Shown: positions 36,420-50,707, counted from the first letter of the stretch. The stretch: DNA of 64,000 nucleotides from Hypanus sabinus (GCF_030144855.1 NC_082714.1:94116001-94180000); one strand, 5' to 3'. Notes: generated by a model not told the origin, from the letters alone. Program-made: numbers and translations.

Positions 36420-39400
36420 TGTTCATAAGATAGAAATCCAATGAACTATCGGGCAAATAACGCCCACACTTGGTTTGCTGGAACACTTAACAGTTTCAAC
36501 GTTTTAAAACTTCTTTGAAAATACGGGGACTGTCAAGTGCCTTATTGATCACTAAGAACAGAAAGAAAATCAATGAAAATATTGAGAATACATTGTATTA
36601 AAAAATTAGCTTTATTTTTCATACGTAGAAAGATCCATACTGTGCCCTTTGCGTCAAAACAAATCAATAAAGATTGTGCTGGGGACAGACCGGAAGGGTC
36701 ACGAGGCTTTCGGCAACAACCTTTATTTATTTGGTATTTATCTATTTACCTATCTATCTGATTTCATTTCTATCTATCAAACTTCTGTCTTTGTAGCTAC
36801 AGTATCTATCTATTTGCTTATTTATTTATTTCTCGATGTAGTGTGTAACAGGCCCATCAGGCTCAACGAGATGCACAGAAACCCGCCGTTTTCACCCAAG
36901 CACAATCGAAGGACAATTTACAATCACCAACTAACCCACTAACTGGTACTTCGTTTAACTGTGGAAGGAAACCAGAGTACCTGAAAGGTGCTGCACCTTA
37001 AACTCTATAACTGGTATGTGGGTATTATAGGTAACTGGAATATGTCATGACAATTTTCATAGCCTTTATTGAAAAGCGCCTGAAATACACATGCCGAGAG
37101 AGGATTTTTTGCATATTTGCAATAAACATTTAAACATTATGGTTTACTGAATTATGAATAATACTGGGTACAATAACTTACGACCTCCCACTGGAAATGT
37201 TATCACTAATAATGTGGTGGCGATAGGAGACATCCATACACCGGGATGCAGTCTGTAAATCAGATTCAACAACGAAAAAATAGTGAGGTTCGCTTTTCTA
37301 TTATTCCCTCTTTGACGCACAACCATCAGGTAGGAAGTACCACAGCATTAGTACAAGGTCTCTTGGGATGGGAACAACTTTCCCCAGGAAGTGAGATTAC
37401 CGAACTCCCTGCGACCACCCAGATCTCATCACCTCTGAACTATCGATAGTTCTGCTTACTTTCTGACTTGTGTCGTAAATGCACCCCATGCTGAATGTTA
37501 ATCTTCTGAAATATATTTTATTCTGTGTTAAGTTATTTGTGGTACTATTATTTTCTGTGATGTTTGTGAATTTTATGCACCTTGTTGTGTAGTTTGGCTT
37601 GGAGGATCTTTGGTTTGTTTGGTTGAATGACTATGTGGAGTTATAGTATGGAGTAGTTATTCTTCAAGATGCCTCAGATGGCGGCGATAAATGGCATATC
37701 TTTATGTGCATCTCCCAATGGGAATAGTCACAATTTCCCATCTAGGACTGCTACAGTGGAAATCCATAGCACGTGGGATTCCAAATCCCTTGAAATAAGT
37801 GTCATCATTGCAGTTGCTTTCTTTACCAGAGATGCGACGTGTACATTAACCTTCTGGGAGTCTTTCAAGAGGGCTCCGAAGTCTTTAAGCGCCTCTGATA
37901 TTTGAAGCCTCACCCTATTTAGATAACAGTCCGCATTATTGTTCATTTTACCAAAATGCACTAATTATATTTCCCAACACTGAATTCAACTTGCTACTAT
38001 TTTGCTCATTCTTTATATTTGTCTAAGTCATGCTGCAATCACACTGCTTCCTCAGCACGACCTACCCTCCACTTGTCTTTGTATCATCTGCAAACTATAT
38101 CACAGACCCACTATCTAACAGGAGGAAATCTGCAGATGCTGGAAATTCAAGCAACGCAGACGAAAAGCTGGTGGAACGCAGCAGGCCAGGCAGCATCTAT
38201 AGTGAGAAACACTGTCGGAGTTTCGGGCTGAGACCCTTCGTCAGGACTAACTAAAGATAGTAAGAGATTTGTAAGTAGGTGGAGGAGGGGAAAATTCGAA
38301 ATGATAGGAGAAGACCGGAGGGGGTGGGGTGAAGCTGAGAGCCCCATAGGTGATTGGCAAAAGGGATACAGAGCAGGAGATAGGAAAGGATCATGGGACG
38401 GGAGGCCTACGGAGAAAGAATGAGGGAGTGGAGCACCAGAGGAAGATGAAGAACAGGCAAAGTGATGGGCAGAAAGAGAGAGAAATAAACGTAGGGGGGA
38501 GGAACTAAATATATCGTGGATGGGGTAAGAAGAGGAGGAGGGGCATTGACGGAAGTTAGAGAAGTCAATGTTCATGCCATCAGGTTGGAGGCTACCCACC
38601 TGCTATATAAGGTGTTGTCATGCCATCAGGTTCCATTATCTAAATCATATTCAAACAATGTGAACAGCAGCGGTTCTATTATTGAGCTCTGACACTAATG
38701 CTCACCGACAGCCAATCAGAAAAGGCTCCTTTTACTCCCACACGCGGCCTTCTGTCCGTCAGCCAGTCCGCTATCAATGTCAGTACCTTTTCTGTAACAC
38801 TGCAGAAATTCATCTAGTTAAGTATCTTCATGTGTGGATTCTTCTCAAACGCCTTCTGAACATTCAAGTACATGGCGTTCACTGCATCTCTTTTGTCCAC
38901 ACTGCTTTCACTTCCGCGAAGAACTAACAGAGTAGTGCCAGATTTACTTTTGTGGAATCCATTCTGAGTTTGACGTAGTTGATCATTAGTCTCCAAGTAT
39001 CATGAAACCTCAGCCTTAGCAACAGTCTCCACCAATGGCCAAAGACTGTGATTAGGTTAACGGGCTTACAATTTCATTTCTTAAAGAGTGAAGTAAATTT
39101 GCGATTTTCTAGTCCTCCGTGACCATGCAAGAATGAAGTGATTCTCTTAACTCTTCCTCAGCCACCTTAAGTCCCTTCAGTTGTACAGCACTTTGTAATA
39201 GCAATAACATTCATTCCTGCTCCTTGACACCCACGGATTTCTGGCATATTGCCAATTCATTCACAAATGCCAAGTACCCATTAAGATCATCTGCCATTTC
39301 TTTGTCCCCCATTAGTACATCACCAGCATAATTTCCAGTGGTCCAATATCAGCTCTCACCTCCCTTTAACACTTTATATAACTTTTGACTAATCATATTA

Positions 39401-39944
39401 TGCCTCTTCAAATGTTATAACCATATAATGATTACATCACGGAAACAGGCCATCTCTGCCCTTCCAGTCCGTGCCAAACGCTTGCTCTCACCTGGTCCCA
39501 CTGGCCCGCACTCAGCCTATAACCCTCCATTCCTTTCCTGTTCATATAACTATCCAATTTTACTTTAATTGACAATTCCGAACCTGCCTCTACCACTTCT
39601 ACTGAAAGTTCGTTCCACACATCTACCACTCTTTGAGTAAAGTAATTCTCCCTCGTGTTACCCCTAAACTTTTGCCAAACTTTGGTACCAATGATATTGG
39701 AAGGAAAAGCAGAGTATTCCTAAAAAGGGAATTTAGAGAGCGAGGCAGAAAGCTGAGAAACAAGACCACCCGGATAGTAATTTCTGGATTGCAGCCTGTG
39801 CCATGCGACATTGAGGGTAGAAAGAGGATGATCTGGCATATTAATGCGTGACTGAGAAGCTGGTGCAGAGGACAGAGATTCAGGAACATTGGGATCTCTT
39901 CTGGAGGAGAAATGACCAGTTCAGAATAATAATGTGAGCTGGCT

Positions 39945-41250
39945 GAAGGTCTATCGCCCGATAGCACTCAAATCTACAATGATGAAATACTTTAACATCT
40001 TGGCCATGACGAGACTGGACTCCTGCCTCAGCAAGGACCTGGACCCATTGCAATTTGCCGATCGCTACAATAGGTCAACAGTAGATGTAATCTCAATGGC
40101 TCTTCAAACGGTTTTAGACCAGCTGGACAGCGCAAACACCTGTGTCAGGATGGTGTTAAATTACTATCGCTCAGCATTCAATACCATCATTCCCACAGTC
40201 CTGACCGAGAAGCTGCAGAACCTGGGGCTCTGTACTTCCCGCTGCAACTGGATCTTCGAATTCCTAATGGGAAGACCACAATCTGTGCAGATTGGTAATA
40301 ACATCACCTACTCGCTGACGAACAACACTGGTACACCTCAGAGGTGTGTGCTTATCCCACCGCTCTACTCTCTATATACCCATGACCGTGTGGCTATGCA
40401 TAGCTCAAATACCATCTATACATTTGCAGATGATACAACCATTGTTGGCATTATCTCAGGTGGTGACGAGAGGGAGTACAGGAGTGAAATACGCCAACTA
40501 GTGGAGTGGTGTGGCAGCAACAACCTGCCAATCAACGTCAGTAAGACGAAAGAGCTGATTGTGGACTTCGGGAAATTTAAGACAAAGGAACACATACCAC
40601 TTCGCACAAAGTGATCAGAAGTGGACAGAGTGAGTAGTTTTAAGTTCCTGGGTGTAAAGATCTCTGAGGGCTAAACCTAGTCCCAACATATTAATGTAGC
40701 AATTAATATTGAAGAAGGAAAGACAGTGGTTATTCTTCATTGGGAGTTTAAGAGTTTTGGCATGACAAAAATACACTCAAAAACTTCTATAGATGTACCG
40801 CAGAGAGTATCCTGACAGGCTACATCACTGTCTGGTATGGGTGTAGGGGTGGGCTGCTGTGGTGCTGCTGCACATGACCGAAAGAAGCTGCCGAGGTTTA
40901 TACATTTATTCGTCTCCATCTTTGGTACTACCCTACAAAGTACCCAGATTTTTCAGAAAGTCAGCTTCCATTATTAAGGACCTCCAGCACCCAGGGCATG
41001 CCCTTTGCTCACTGTTAACATCGGAGGGCAGATACAGAAGCCTGAAGGGAAACACTCATTGATTCAAGAGCATCTGCTTCTCCTCTGCGATCCCATTCGT
41101 AAATGGACTTCGATCCCTTGGACATTACCTGAAATTTTATTATATGTTATTTCTGGGTTTTGCACGATTTTTAATCTATCCAATATACGAATACTGTAAT
41201 TGATTTAGATAGTATTATTATTATTATATTTTTTTCTACGTTATGGATTG
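39945..41250 (+). mobile_element. Rex1/Babar LINE RT fragment
   Basis: YRPIAL...LDPLQFA...SAFNTIIP...GTPQRCVL.P.LYSLYTHD...FADDTTIVG...KTKELIVDF. Confidence 0.88.
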
Positions 41251-42399
41251 CATTGACCTGCTGCAGCTATGTTAACAAATTTCACTTCACATGCCGGTGA
41301 TAATAATCCTTATTCTGATTCTGATTCAAAAGTAATGGTTTGCACGTAAACACGAGGGGGACCAATATTCTCGCCAGCAAGTTTGTTAGAGATGTTGGGA
41401 GAGTTTAAACGATTTTGCCAGGCGTTGGGGGTGGGGGAGAGAGTTGTTGTGGGAGGGGAGGGGGACGTGGCAATCGAAGTGAAGGGACCTAGGTTTGAAT
41501 GGATGGTTAAAAAGGAAAGATAGCGTGAGATCAGCATGCCGCAAGGGCAGTCAGATGATAGGACAAAATTACATTCAGCAGGTTGAGTATCAGTGCATTC
41601 GGGATGTAGAATCAGAAAGGTAACAAATACAGTACTCGAAGTACTCTAAGCACGGAGTTTAAGAAATAAGGTAGATGATTTTGTTGGACTATTACAGATT
41701 GTCATGTATGAGGTTGTGGCCCAATCTGAATCGTGGCTGAAGGATGGTTGTCGTCGGGGGATGAAAGCCAAAGGTTGTATCGGAGGGGTAGGAAGGTAGA
41801 AACAGGGGTAGCATGGATCGGCTGGTAAAAAATGGCATCAAAACAGTAGAAAGATGTGACATAGAATCGGAAGATGTTGAATCCTTGTGGGTTGAATTAA
41901 GAAACTGCAGGCATAAGAGGATCCTGATAGCAGTTATACGCAGGCCGCTCAAAAGCAGCTGGAATGTGGACCTTAGATTACAACAGGAAATAAAGCTCGT
42001 GTCAAAAAGTCAAGGTTGCGATAGTCATGGGAGATCTCAACATGCAGGTCGATTGGGAAAGTCAGGTTGGAAATGGAAGTCAGGAGAGTGAGGTTGTTAG
42101 ATGCTTATGAGATGGCTTTTAAGAGCAGTTTGTCTTTGAACATACTAAGGAATCAGTTATACTGAATTGGAAATGAACTGGATATGATTAGCGAATTAAG
42201 TTAGAAGAACCCTCAGGAGTCAGCTATTACAATATGATTGAATTTAACTTAAATTTTAATAGAGGAAGATTAAAGTCGGACGTAGCAGTATTTCAGTGGA
42301 GTAAAGGAAATTTAATAAATGAGCTTTCTTTGCACTGCAGTTGACTGAGGGTTGGCTTCTCTTATTCTATCGCTCCTCGTTGAATGAAACTTATATCCC

Positions 42400-43262
42400 A
42401 GTAATGAAGTATTGTATTGTACCTGATGGATGGGTTTTCTTCAGTAGGAAGGAAGGGCTGCGCTGACAGGATATTTCATCCAATGGAGGCTGAGCAGACG
42501 GGACAAAATAGGCGACAGTGCAGCATGATTTCTGTAAAAAGTGAGGAGAGTCACTAGAGAGCCCGGGAATGCCAGATCGCTTCCGGGAGCGCCTCCGATT
42601 AGCGTCACCACGGCCATTTTGAAATAAGAAGAGCGAAGTTTTCAATTGGGAAAGTCCACGAAGCTCTCTATTTTCTTGTCCAACGAGTGGATGAGTTGGT
42701 TGATTGGTACCCGTCTGTCTCGAAAGACAATGGGTAATGATGATCAACATCACAAGCCTAGGCGGAAGGTATGGAGATCCTGAGATACCAGTCGTGAAGA
42801 TCACCCTCTCGTCTTCCAAAGGAAAGCTTATGGAACATTACGTTTGGCACTTGTTCGGCTCCTTGAGCTCCCGGAACTTTGTTCAATGATGTCAGTCACC
42901 CTAGGGACTCCACTCCTGAATCGGTAAGTATACACTATTGATGATGGTGTCTGTTGTCTTACTTACAGAAAAGGAATCGGGCGATATGGAGAGCGCGCAA
43001 GGAAGGAGGGTTGTTGTCGGTGGTCTAATTATTGTGATGCAGAGTCGAGGAAATAAAATATGTACTCCAGCTCTTTCATACCTTTTTTACCGGTGAGACC
43101 TAATCGGGTGAAGGGGTGTGGGTGTCGCTGTGGAGTTAATGGAGTTTGGGTTTGAGAGCTGCAAAGCAGTTTTTAATAAACTTGGACATTAGTCTTCCCA
43201 ATCAAACTCACCTGACCATCAGATTAATCCAACCAGTTTGTCCAACCCAGATGGTGTTTCAT
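42400..43262 (-). pseudogene. Inverted, heavily decayed lambda-like Ig light-chain cluster: leader 43262-43212, V(J) about 43030-42690, start of C from 42531
   Basis: Leader ATG...CAG|GTGAGT. V remnants in order: QPSFLARSP (43013-42987), Cys (42967), VY[W]YRFRSG.PR, VP*AF, DWYLRIS, DVDHHY (one substitution at each of four codons from DADYYC). Acceptor ctcactttttacag, then AA[P]VAYFVPS...PPLDEIS. Confidence 0.55.
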
Positions 43263-43362
43263 AGGGTTTAACAGCTAGGTGTCAGCTTGTGTCTGTAGGT
43301 GGGGCTGATACAGCTGCGAACCTCGTCATCTCCCAGCTGGGGCAAGGGATGCCAAGATACCC

Positions 43363-43387
43363 TTTATATAATTACAGTCATGCAAAT
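43363..43387 (-). promoter_or_regulatory. Perfect Ig octamer ATTTGCAT plus TATATAAA
   Basis: Minus-strand octamer at 43387-43380, TATA 9 nt downstream and ATG about 100 nt further. Same spacing as the cluster A promoter. Confidence 0.7.
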
Positions 43388-44089
43388 TGCTGCCGTGAAT
43401 TGTCTTCTTTGTGAAGCAGTTCATTTGGTGCCGTTACTGGATTCCGGGGGGGAGGTGACCTGAGTGGATGATGGTGAGATAGGGAGGAGGGGGAAAGGGT
43501 GACCCTTATGAATAGTATGCACTGCAGTCTTCTTTCATCGAGGAAGTAGAATTGCCGGAAGATGCTGAATCACATCACTTGATGCTGAATCTTACTTACT
43601 TTATTTAATTAATTTATGTTTGGTGAGTTTTATTCAATTACAACAAAAGCTTTACCCGCTGTTGAACTGTGACTCCTCACCTAAGCCTCTTGAGCCAAAG
43701 TCGGTAATTTCCGCTCTGTCCGCTGGTAAACTACACCGCGAAGCAACTTTCACTCCCACTTTGTTCGGCCTACCACCCCGCCACTTTTCGAATTATGGGT
43801 TAGTTTTTTTTTTCTTTGAAAAATGCGCCAAGCGTCTCTAATACCGCTAGAGAACCGCTCACGCAAAGGCGAAAAAAAAACGGCCGCCAAAAGAAAGGAT
43901 CAGCGGGAGAAAAAAATCATACAAGTTATATAAGCATCCCCGTCCAAAATTTAAAAATATATCAAAAGAATGCTGCAGCCCAAACAAACCAAACTTCTTT
44001 CTCACTCTCACACTCTCCAAAACAGCGCGCAAAGTCGGTCCGAATACTGCTACCGCAGCACCAGCTCAACTCGGAAACCCAGGTAATGT

Positions 44090-45890
44090 AGCCATTAGTG
44101 AGATTTGGTTGCAGGAGGGACAGCAGCTCAGAGTGCAGGGGTTCAATTGTCTTAGACGTGATAGAGCGGGAATAATTAAAGGAGGAGGTGTATTACTACT
44201 CATGGAGAATATCACGGTAGTGCTCAGTCAGGACGGAATAGAGAGCTCGTCTAATGGGGCTTTCTGGGTAGAACTGCAAAATACCAAAAGGTTTTGTCAC
44301 ATCGATGGGTTATATTATAGACCACCCAGCAGTCTGCAGGGTTAGAAAAGAAAATATTGCAGAACAATCGCAGACTGTTGCCAAAAATATACGTTTATGA
44401 TAGTTGGTTGTTTTAAATTTGCACGAATTGACAAGGTCTCTCATATCGTAAGAAGGCTGGATGGGAAAGATTTTGTTATTTGTGTTCAGGAAAGATTCCT
44501 CAATTAGTACATCGGTACCAGAGAGAGATCGATTGAGGTACTAAATCCCTTGCTTGGGGATGTGAGAAAAAATTGTATATATTACACTTCATGTCCACTA
44601 AACATAACACCACTAGTTTCAATATAATTATGGAAAAGCATATGTCTAGTGCTCGGGTAGTGATTCTAAATTGGAGAAAGGTCGATTTTTACGTTATGCG
44701 AAAGGAATTCTTAAGTGTAGATTGGGACAGGTTGTTAACTGATTAAGGTGTTCTTGGTAAATTGGAGGCGTTCAAAAATGCGATTTTGATAGTGGAGAGA
44801 TTGCATGCTCCTGTCAGAGTAAAAGGCAATGATGAAAGGTTTAGGGAAGTTTGTTCTTTGAGAGATATTCAGGCCATGGCGAAGAAAAACCCCGAAGTGA
44901 AAGAAGTTTTCGGCAGGAAGTAAGAAGTGAGTTACTTGAGCTGAATATGAAATGCAAGAGGACACTCAAGAAGGAAATCAAGAGGGCTGTAAGAAGGCAT
45001 GAGGTTGGTCTTGCAGAGAAGGCGAAGGAAAATCCCAAGGGTTTCTACAAATATATAAAGAGCAAAAAGATAACAAGGGACGACACCGATCCTCTGGAAG
45101 CTCAGTAACCTATTTGTGGAGCCGAAAGAGAAGTGGGAGATGGACATTCTGCATCTATATTTACTTTGAAGGTGGACATAGATTCTGTAGAATAGAGGCA
45201 AAGCTGCAGCGATATCATGGCCTGTATACAGCTTACATAGGACGAGATGTTTGCTGTCTTGAGCAAATTAGGATGGATAAATCCCGGGGGTTGATAAGGC
45301 ATTCCCTTCGACTCTGTGGGGGACTAGTGTAGAAATTGCAGAGCCCTTAATAGATACATTTAAATCATCCTTAGGCACAGGTGAGGTGCCGGAGGTTGAA
45401 ACAAAAAGAGTTGTTCTGTTTAAGAAATGTTCTATGCCGGTAGGTCTGACACCCGTGTGGGACACCCTGAGCACTATGGAATAGTTCAATATGTTGGGTC
45501 TTTATTGCCTGGAACATAGAACATTGAGGGGTAATTTGATAAAGGTATACAAAATTATGAGGGGTAAATGCAAGCGACTTTTCCCCACGGATGTTGGCTG
45601 AGACTACAAGTAGAAGCCATGGGTTAAAGGTGAAAGATGGAAGGCTTAAGCAGAACATGGGGAGGAACTTCTTCATTCAGAGGGCATTGAAAATGCGGAA
45701 CGAGTTGCCAGCTGAAGTTGTGAATGCGAATTAGATTTCAATAGTTAAGAAAAATTTGGAGAGGTCCGTGGTAAGTGAGGAGTGGAGGGCGATGTTCCAG
45801 ATGCAGGTCGATGGGACGAGGCAGCTTAATATTTCGGCACAGACTAAATGGGCCAAATGCCTGCTTCTGCGTTGGCGTCTTTTATGACCG
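44090..45890 (+). mobile_element. CR1 LINE ORF2 fragments to the 3' end
   Basis: RRDRAGIIKGGGVLLL, GLYYRPP and KENPKGFYKYIKSK. Confidence 0.8.
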
Positions 45891-46112
45891 ACTGCATCTC
45901 CTGCTGAATCCCCAAATTAGGAATGTAATGAAGTGAACGGTATTGACAGGTTAGTGGAGGGTAACAATATAAGGGGATTGAGGAATTGTATTGGCGGAGT
46001 CGGTACAGTTTCGTACTTGCACTGCTCGATCGTACAACGGTCTGAAATTTTATTGACCTAAGTCATATTGGTTTAAAAATCCCACGGTCGAACAATGGTG
46101 ATTCCTTCCCAG

Positions 46113-46355
46113 GATGCAGAGGTGACAGCGGTCACTCAAACAACTGGAAGATAACAGATGTCCCAGTCTGTTTATTTGACTACTCTGTTCCATTCATTAG
46201 AAGAGAGCCCACAAAGAAAGACGTTTATTGATCTTTTACTTCTTGTTGGAATGTCCGAAAATGTGTCAGGCGATATGGAAAGGAAAGCTATTTTTTTGTT
46301 TGCTTGTCATGTCTCGTCTGAGACATCCTCAGTGCCCTCTGCTATCGCCACATGG
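46113..46355 (+). pseudogene. TCR Valpha/delta-like V exon relic
   Basis: Acceptor attccttcccag. Reads GCRGDS-VTQT, EESPQ, LLIFY and SALCYR (two substitutions from SALYYC), then CACATGG. Multiple indels; no nonamer found. Confidence 0.45.
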
Positions 46356-46559
46356 TCACTCGTGGGACGTCCAGCAGATCCTTTTCCTGCTTCGAACCAC
46401 AGCAGATACAACGAAAGACAGCACACAATAGATTGGAAATAGACCCTGTGAGCAGAAGAGAAAAATCTGCATAAATACAAAATAAAAATTTGAAGAAAAA
46501 AAATTAAAATAAAGAAAAATAATAAATAAATAACCGATGCATACAGAACTTGAGCAAAG

Positions 46560-47350
46560 GGGGCATGGACTGGGTGGTGGGTATGCTCGATGATTGATGC
46601 TGCCTTTCAGGGACAGCCTCTCCTTGCAGATTTCTCAAATGGCGGGAAGGGATTGACCCGTGATGGACTGGACGGTATCCACTACGTTTTGTAGGATTTT
46701 CCTTTCATGGGCATTGGCGCGTTTCCATGTTGGGCTGTGATGCAAACAGCCAATGCACCCTCCACTACACCTCGACGGGCGTTTCTGAAAGGTTCCGATG
46801 TCATGTTCCGATGTTCCGTAAGCTTCTAAGGAAGTAGAGACGGGGCCATGCTTTCGGTGTAACTGCACTTTCGTGCAGAGCCCAGGACAGATTCTCTGAA
46901 ACAGAAACATCGAGGATTTAAAAAATTGCTGACCCTCTCCACCCTGATTGTTGAAGTAGGACTGGCTCTTATGCCTCCAGTTTGCTCCCCCTGAAGTGAA
47001 TACACAGCTCATTCTTTTGCTTACGTTGAGTGAAAGAATGTTGTTGTGGCATCACTTAGCCAGATTGTCAGTCTTCCTCCGACCTGCTGATTCATAACCA
47101 ACTTTGATTCTGAAAACATCAGAGGTGGCGTTTGCAGACTTAAATATCGCATTGTAGCTGTGCTTAGCCTCATATTTATAAGTGTACAGCGAGTAAAATA
47201 GTAGGCCAAGCACACGTCTATTTTGTGCACACGTGCTGATGGAAATTGTGTAAGAGGTGCTGTTGCTAATCCGAACTGGCTGGGGTCTGGAATTGAGGAA
47301 CTTGAGGATACAGTTGCACAGGGAGGCACTGAGGACAAGCACTTGAAGCT
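46560..47350 (-). mobile_element. Rex1/Babar RT fragment
   Basis: Minus strand reads CNCILKFLNSRPQPVRIS...LLFYSLYT and KILQNVVDTVQSITG. Confidence 0.75.
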
Positions 47351-48346
47351 TATTGGTTTAGATTTCAGGGGTGAAGGTGTATCTCTTAGGAATTCAACAA
47401 ACTCAGTCTCTTCAGATCCATTACCATCTTTATTTTGCCAATCGACCTGCATGATAAACTCTGTCGTAATTACTATAATCTCTTGTTTCCTATTTCCTGT
47501 TGTAATGTGTGGTCCACCTTCCAGCTTCTGTTGGGACGCCTGTATATAAGTGCCGTCAATGTCCTTTTACCCTTGCAGTTTCTTAACTCAACCCACAATG
47601 ATTCAACATCTTCCAGTCCTTTGTCTCATCTGATTTGATGCCGTTCTTCACCAGCAGGGCCACACCACCCCCTCTACTTACTTTCCTATCCCTCCAATAT
47701 AACGTGTAACCTTGGACATTCAGCTCCCAACTACAACCATCCTTCAGACACGATCAACTGATGGCCACAACATCATACCGAAAATCTGTAATATTTCATC
47801 AAGATCAACCAACTTATTCGCTTTATTACGCGCATTTAGATACAACACCTTGAGGACCGCGATTGCTATCCTTTCTTATTCTGCATCCCTAATAATTTGA
47901 TACTCTGCCTGCTGGCTGCAACGAGGCCACATCGCCTGACTGCACGCTATCTTTACTTTTCTACTATCCGTCCTGTTCTGAGTCCCTTCACAACGGTTCC
48001 CAACAAACTGCCAAGTTAGGTTAAACCCTCCCCAACAGCCCTAACAAACCTATCTACCAGAATATTGGTCACCCTCGGCTTCATGTGAAACCCATCTATT
48101 TTGACCCTGTCATAACTCTCCCAGAAGAGATCTCAATTACCCACGAATCTGAAGCCCTGCCTGCTGCATCAGCCTCTGAGCCACGTATTTATCTGCCAAA
48201 TAGTCCTACTTTTACCCTCACTGGCGCGTGGCACAGGTGGCAATCCAGAAATTACTACTCTGGTGGTCCTGCTTTTCAGCTTTCTCGCTAGTCTCTAAAT
48301 TCTATTTTCAGGACCTAATTTCCTTTCCTTCCCATGAAATCTGGCA

Positions 48347-48349
<3 letters not shown>

Positions 48350-48410
<61 letters not shown>

Positions 48411-48415
48411 TCTCT
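48350..48415. repeat. (CT)n microsatellite
   Basis: Read directly from the sequence. Confidence 0.95.
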
Positions 48416-50707
48416 GAAACAAACCTGACGCTGGCATCTTGGAGTCAACATACCATCCGGGTGTCTCGTCCAAGTCTACAGAATCTCCTATCTGTCCCCC
48501 TCTGTATTGAGTTCCCTATCATTACCACTCCGTTCTTCTCTCTCTTTCCCTTCTGAGCCACGGACCCATGCTCAGTGCCTGTAACGCGGTCGCCGTGACA
48601 AACTCTCGGGTGGTCAGCCTCCACAAAAGGATACTAAGCAGTATACTTGTTTTTGAGGGAAATCCTCCGCTCTAACTGTCCATTTCCATTTCTCCTGATC
48701 GTTACGCAGCAACTCTCCTCCTGCAACTTCGGGGTGATCACTTCCCTGTAACTTCGATCAATTCTACCCTCACTCTCATATTAAGGAAGGGCCTGCAGAT
48801 CATCCGAGGAACAGGGATAAAAAACGTGATCGGCGAATCTCTTGGTGATTTCATGGTAATGGTGTCATAACTTACGCAATGTAATAATTGGCAATCAGCG
48901 GACACGGTGCATGCTGATTATCAGCAAGCCGCCTGTGAAGTGATTCGCAAGAGTTGCTGAAAAAAGAATTCCAGTTGTCCATAGTGTATATCCAAACAGT
49001 TGGACAAGGGAACGAAGTGTAATATTGGTATGGTTGTTGATTATCTGGGTTAACAGGACACTGCAGAATGACTGAGTTGATGCTCACAGAGCAAGACAGG
49101 CAGGGATACAAAATACCGAATAAAACGTGGAAAACGCGCGGTCATGTGCAGTGAAATATTTAAATTGGAGTCTCTTTCAATGGCGAAAAGTTTAGGTCAT
49201 GTTTGCAAATTCATGCTGAAGTTCATTGCCAGTTAACCATGCACATGTACACAAAGGAACCACCCTTCTGTTGATGCCAAGGTGAAAAACAGAGGAAATA
49301 AAGGCATTGGATACAGTAACGATCCAACACATGCAGTCCGAAACTAGCTATTACCATAAGTGTCTGAGAGGCATGGCCTGAAGATAGACCGGCTGACATG
49401 AAGTGCAAAGTGAATGTTTATGTAAGGCGAAATAATGGTTATTTATTCATGTGTTTATGCATATATTCATTTATTTGTTTATTTGTATTTGCACAGACTT
49501 AATTGCCACATTGGCTGCTTCTTAGTGGCCAGCTTTTCATTGCTTTCATTGTATTCCTTTATATGTACTGTGAATGCCCCGCAAGTCAATGAAACTCAGG
49601 GTTGTACAGTATATGATGCGTCACCGCACTTTGACAGTAAATTTATTTTGTACTTTGAATTTTATAATCCGAAGCCCGTAACCACCGTCTAATTAATAAG
49701 CCCCAATTTATTCAATCCAGTGGTTTCTGATCAGTAGTGCCCCCCCCCCCCCCGGGCCTCCGATGTTGATGGCGACTGAAGATCATGGAACGTCACAGAC
49801 TGGTGGTCGGAGCCTTTCCTGTTGACAGGGTCCATTGCTGGAACTAGTGTAGTCAGACTGATGTTTGGACCTACAAGCCTTGTCTGACTATTTTCGGAGT
49901 CGTGTTTCATGCCTCAATATCTCACTGTCGGAAAATGGGGTTTCAGATGAAAGTCCTCTGACGTAAACGGGGACTGTCTAGTTCCCGGCATAGACGCTGC
50001 CTCACACGTCCAGTTCTTCCAGCTCTTTCTTAGTTGTTCCAGATTTCAGCATGTGCAGTCGGTACAATTATTTTTGAAGATCCGTAATTCCCATCTCACG
50101 ATACCCGGAAGATTCACTGCCGAGAGGAGCACTCCTCATGCCATGCTGCGTTGATTGCTTTCCACTGTAAACACTTTGCACAATCTCTGACCCGAATGTC
50201 TGACGTTACTTGAAATTCTGCCTAGTCTCGTTTTAGAGACTGTAGAGTAAAGCACACTTGTCGGTTGGGAGTTGCGCATTTTAGTGACAAACCTGATTCT
50301 CTCACAAGCAAAGCAACGACATGCTTTCTGCAGGAATGACAGATTCTCAGATTGGAGCCGATGCATTGTCGAGGTAATTCGGGGATGGCATAGAGACTTT
50401 ATAAAAATTTAATGTGATATTGTAAAGTTTTGTTCTCATCAGCCATTCTGAGCTGAGACAAAGGGCCGAGTGGCACCACCACTCACACTCATTGTTCTAG
50501 AGGGAAGCAGCCGAAACAATGTCTAAGATAAGTTTAACCTCAGTATTCTCCAAAGTTCTACAGGCCTGGATATGTGATACAACTGAATGTGAAACAATCT
50601 TGAAATTAGGGATTACGTTTTAAAAATCAGCAAAGGTGGCCATTCAAAGTTTCCGAAGGTCAGCAAGTCAATCTACGCCCATATTCTGTCGCCGGCGCCG
50701 CCCACTT

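Noticed and set aside
42448-42923. Plus-strand NKp30/NCR3-like V plus TM reading (IGDSAA*F, RFRERLRLASPRPF*NK, YGTLRLALVRLL)
   Set aside because: It overlaps the minus-strand light-chain relic, which is supported by promoter, leader, splice sites and ordered V and C motifs. The plus reading lacks both Cys and needs a 23-nt intron. Worth re-testing by HMM.
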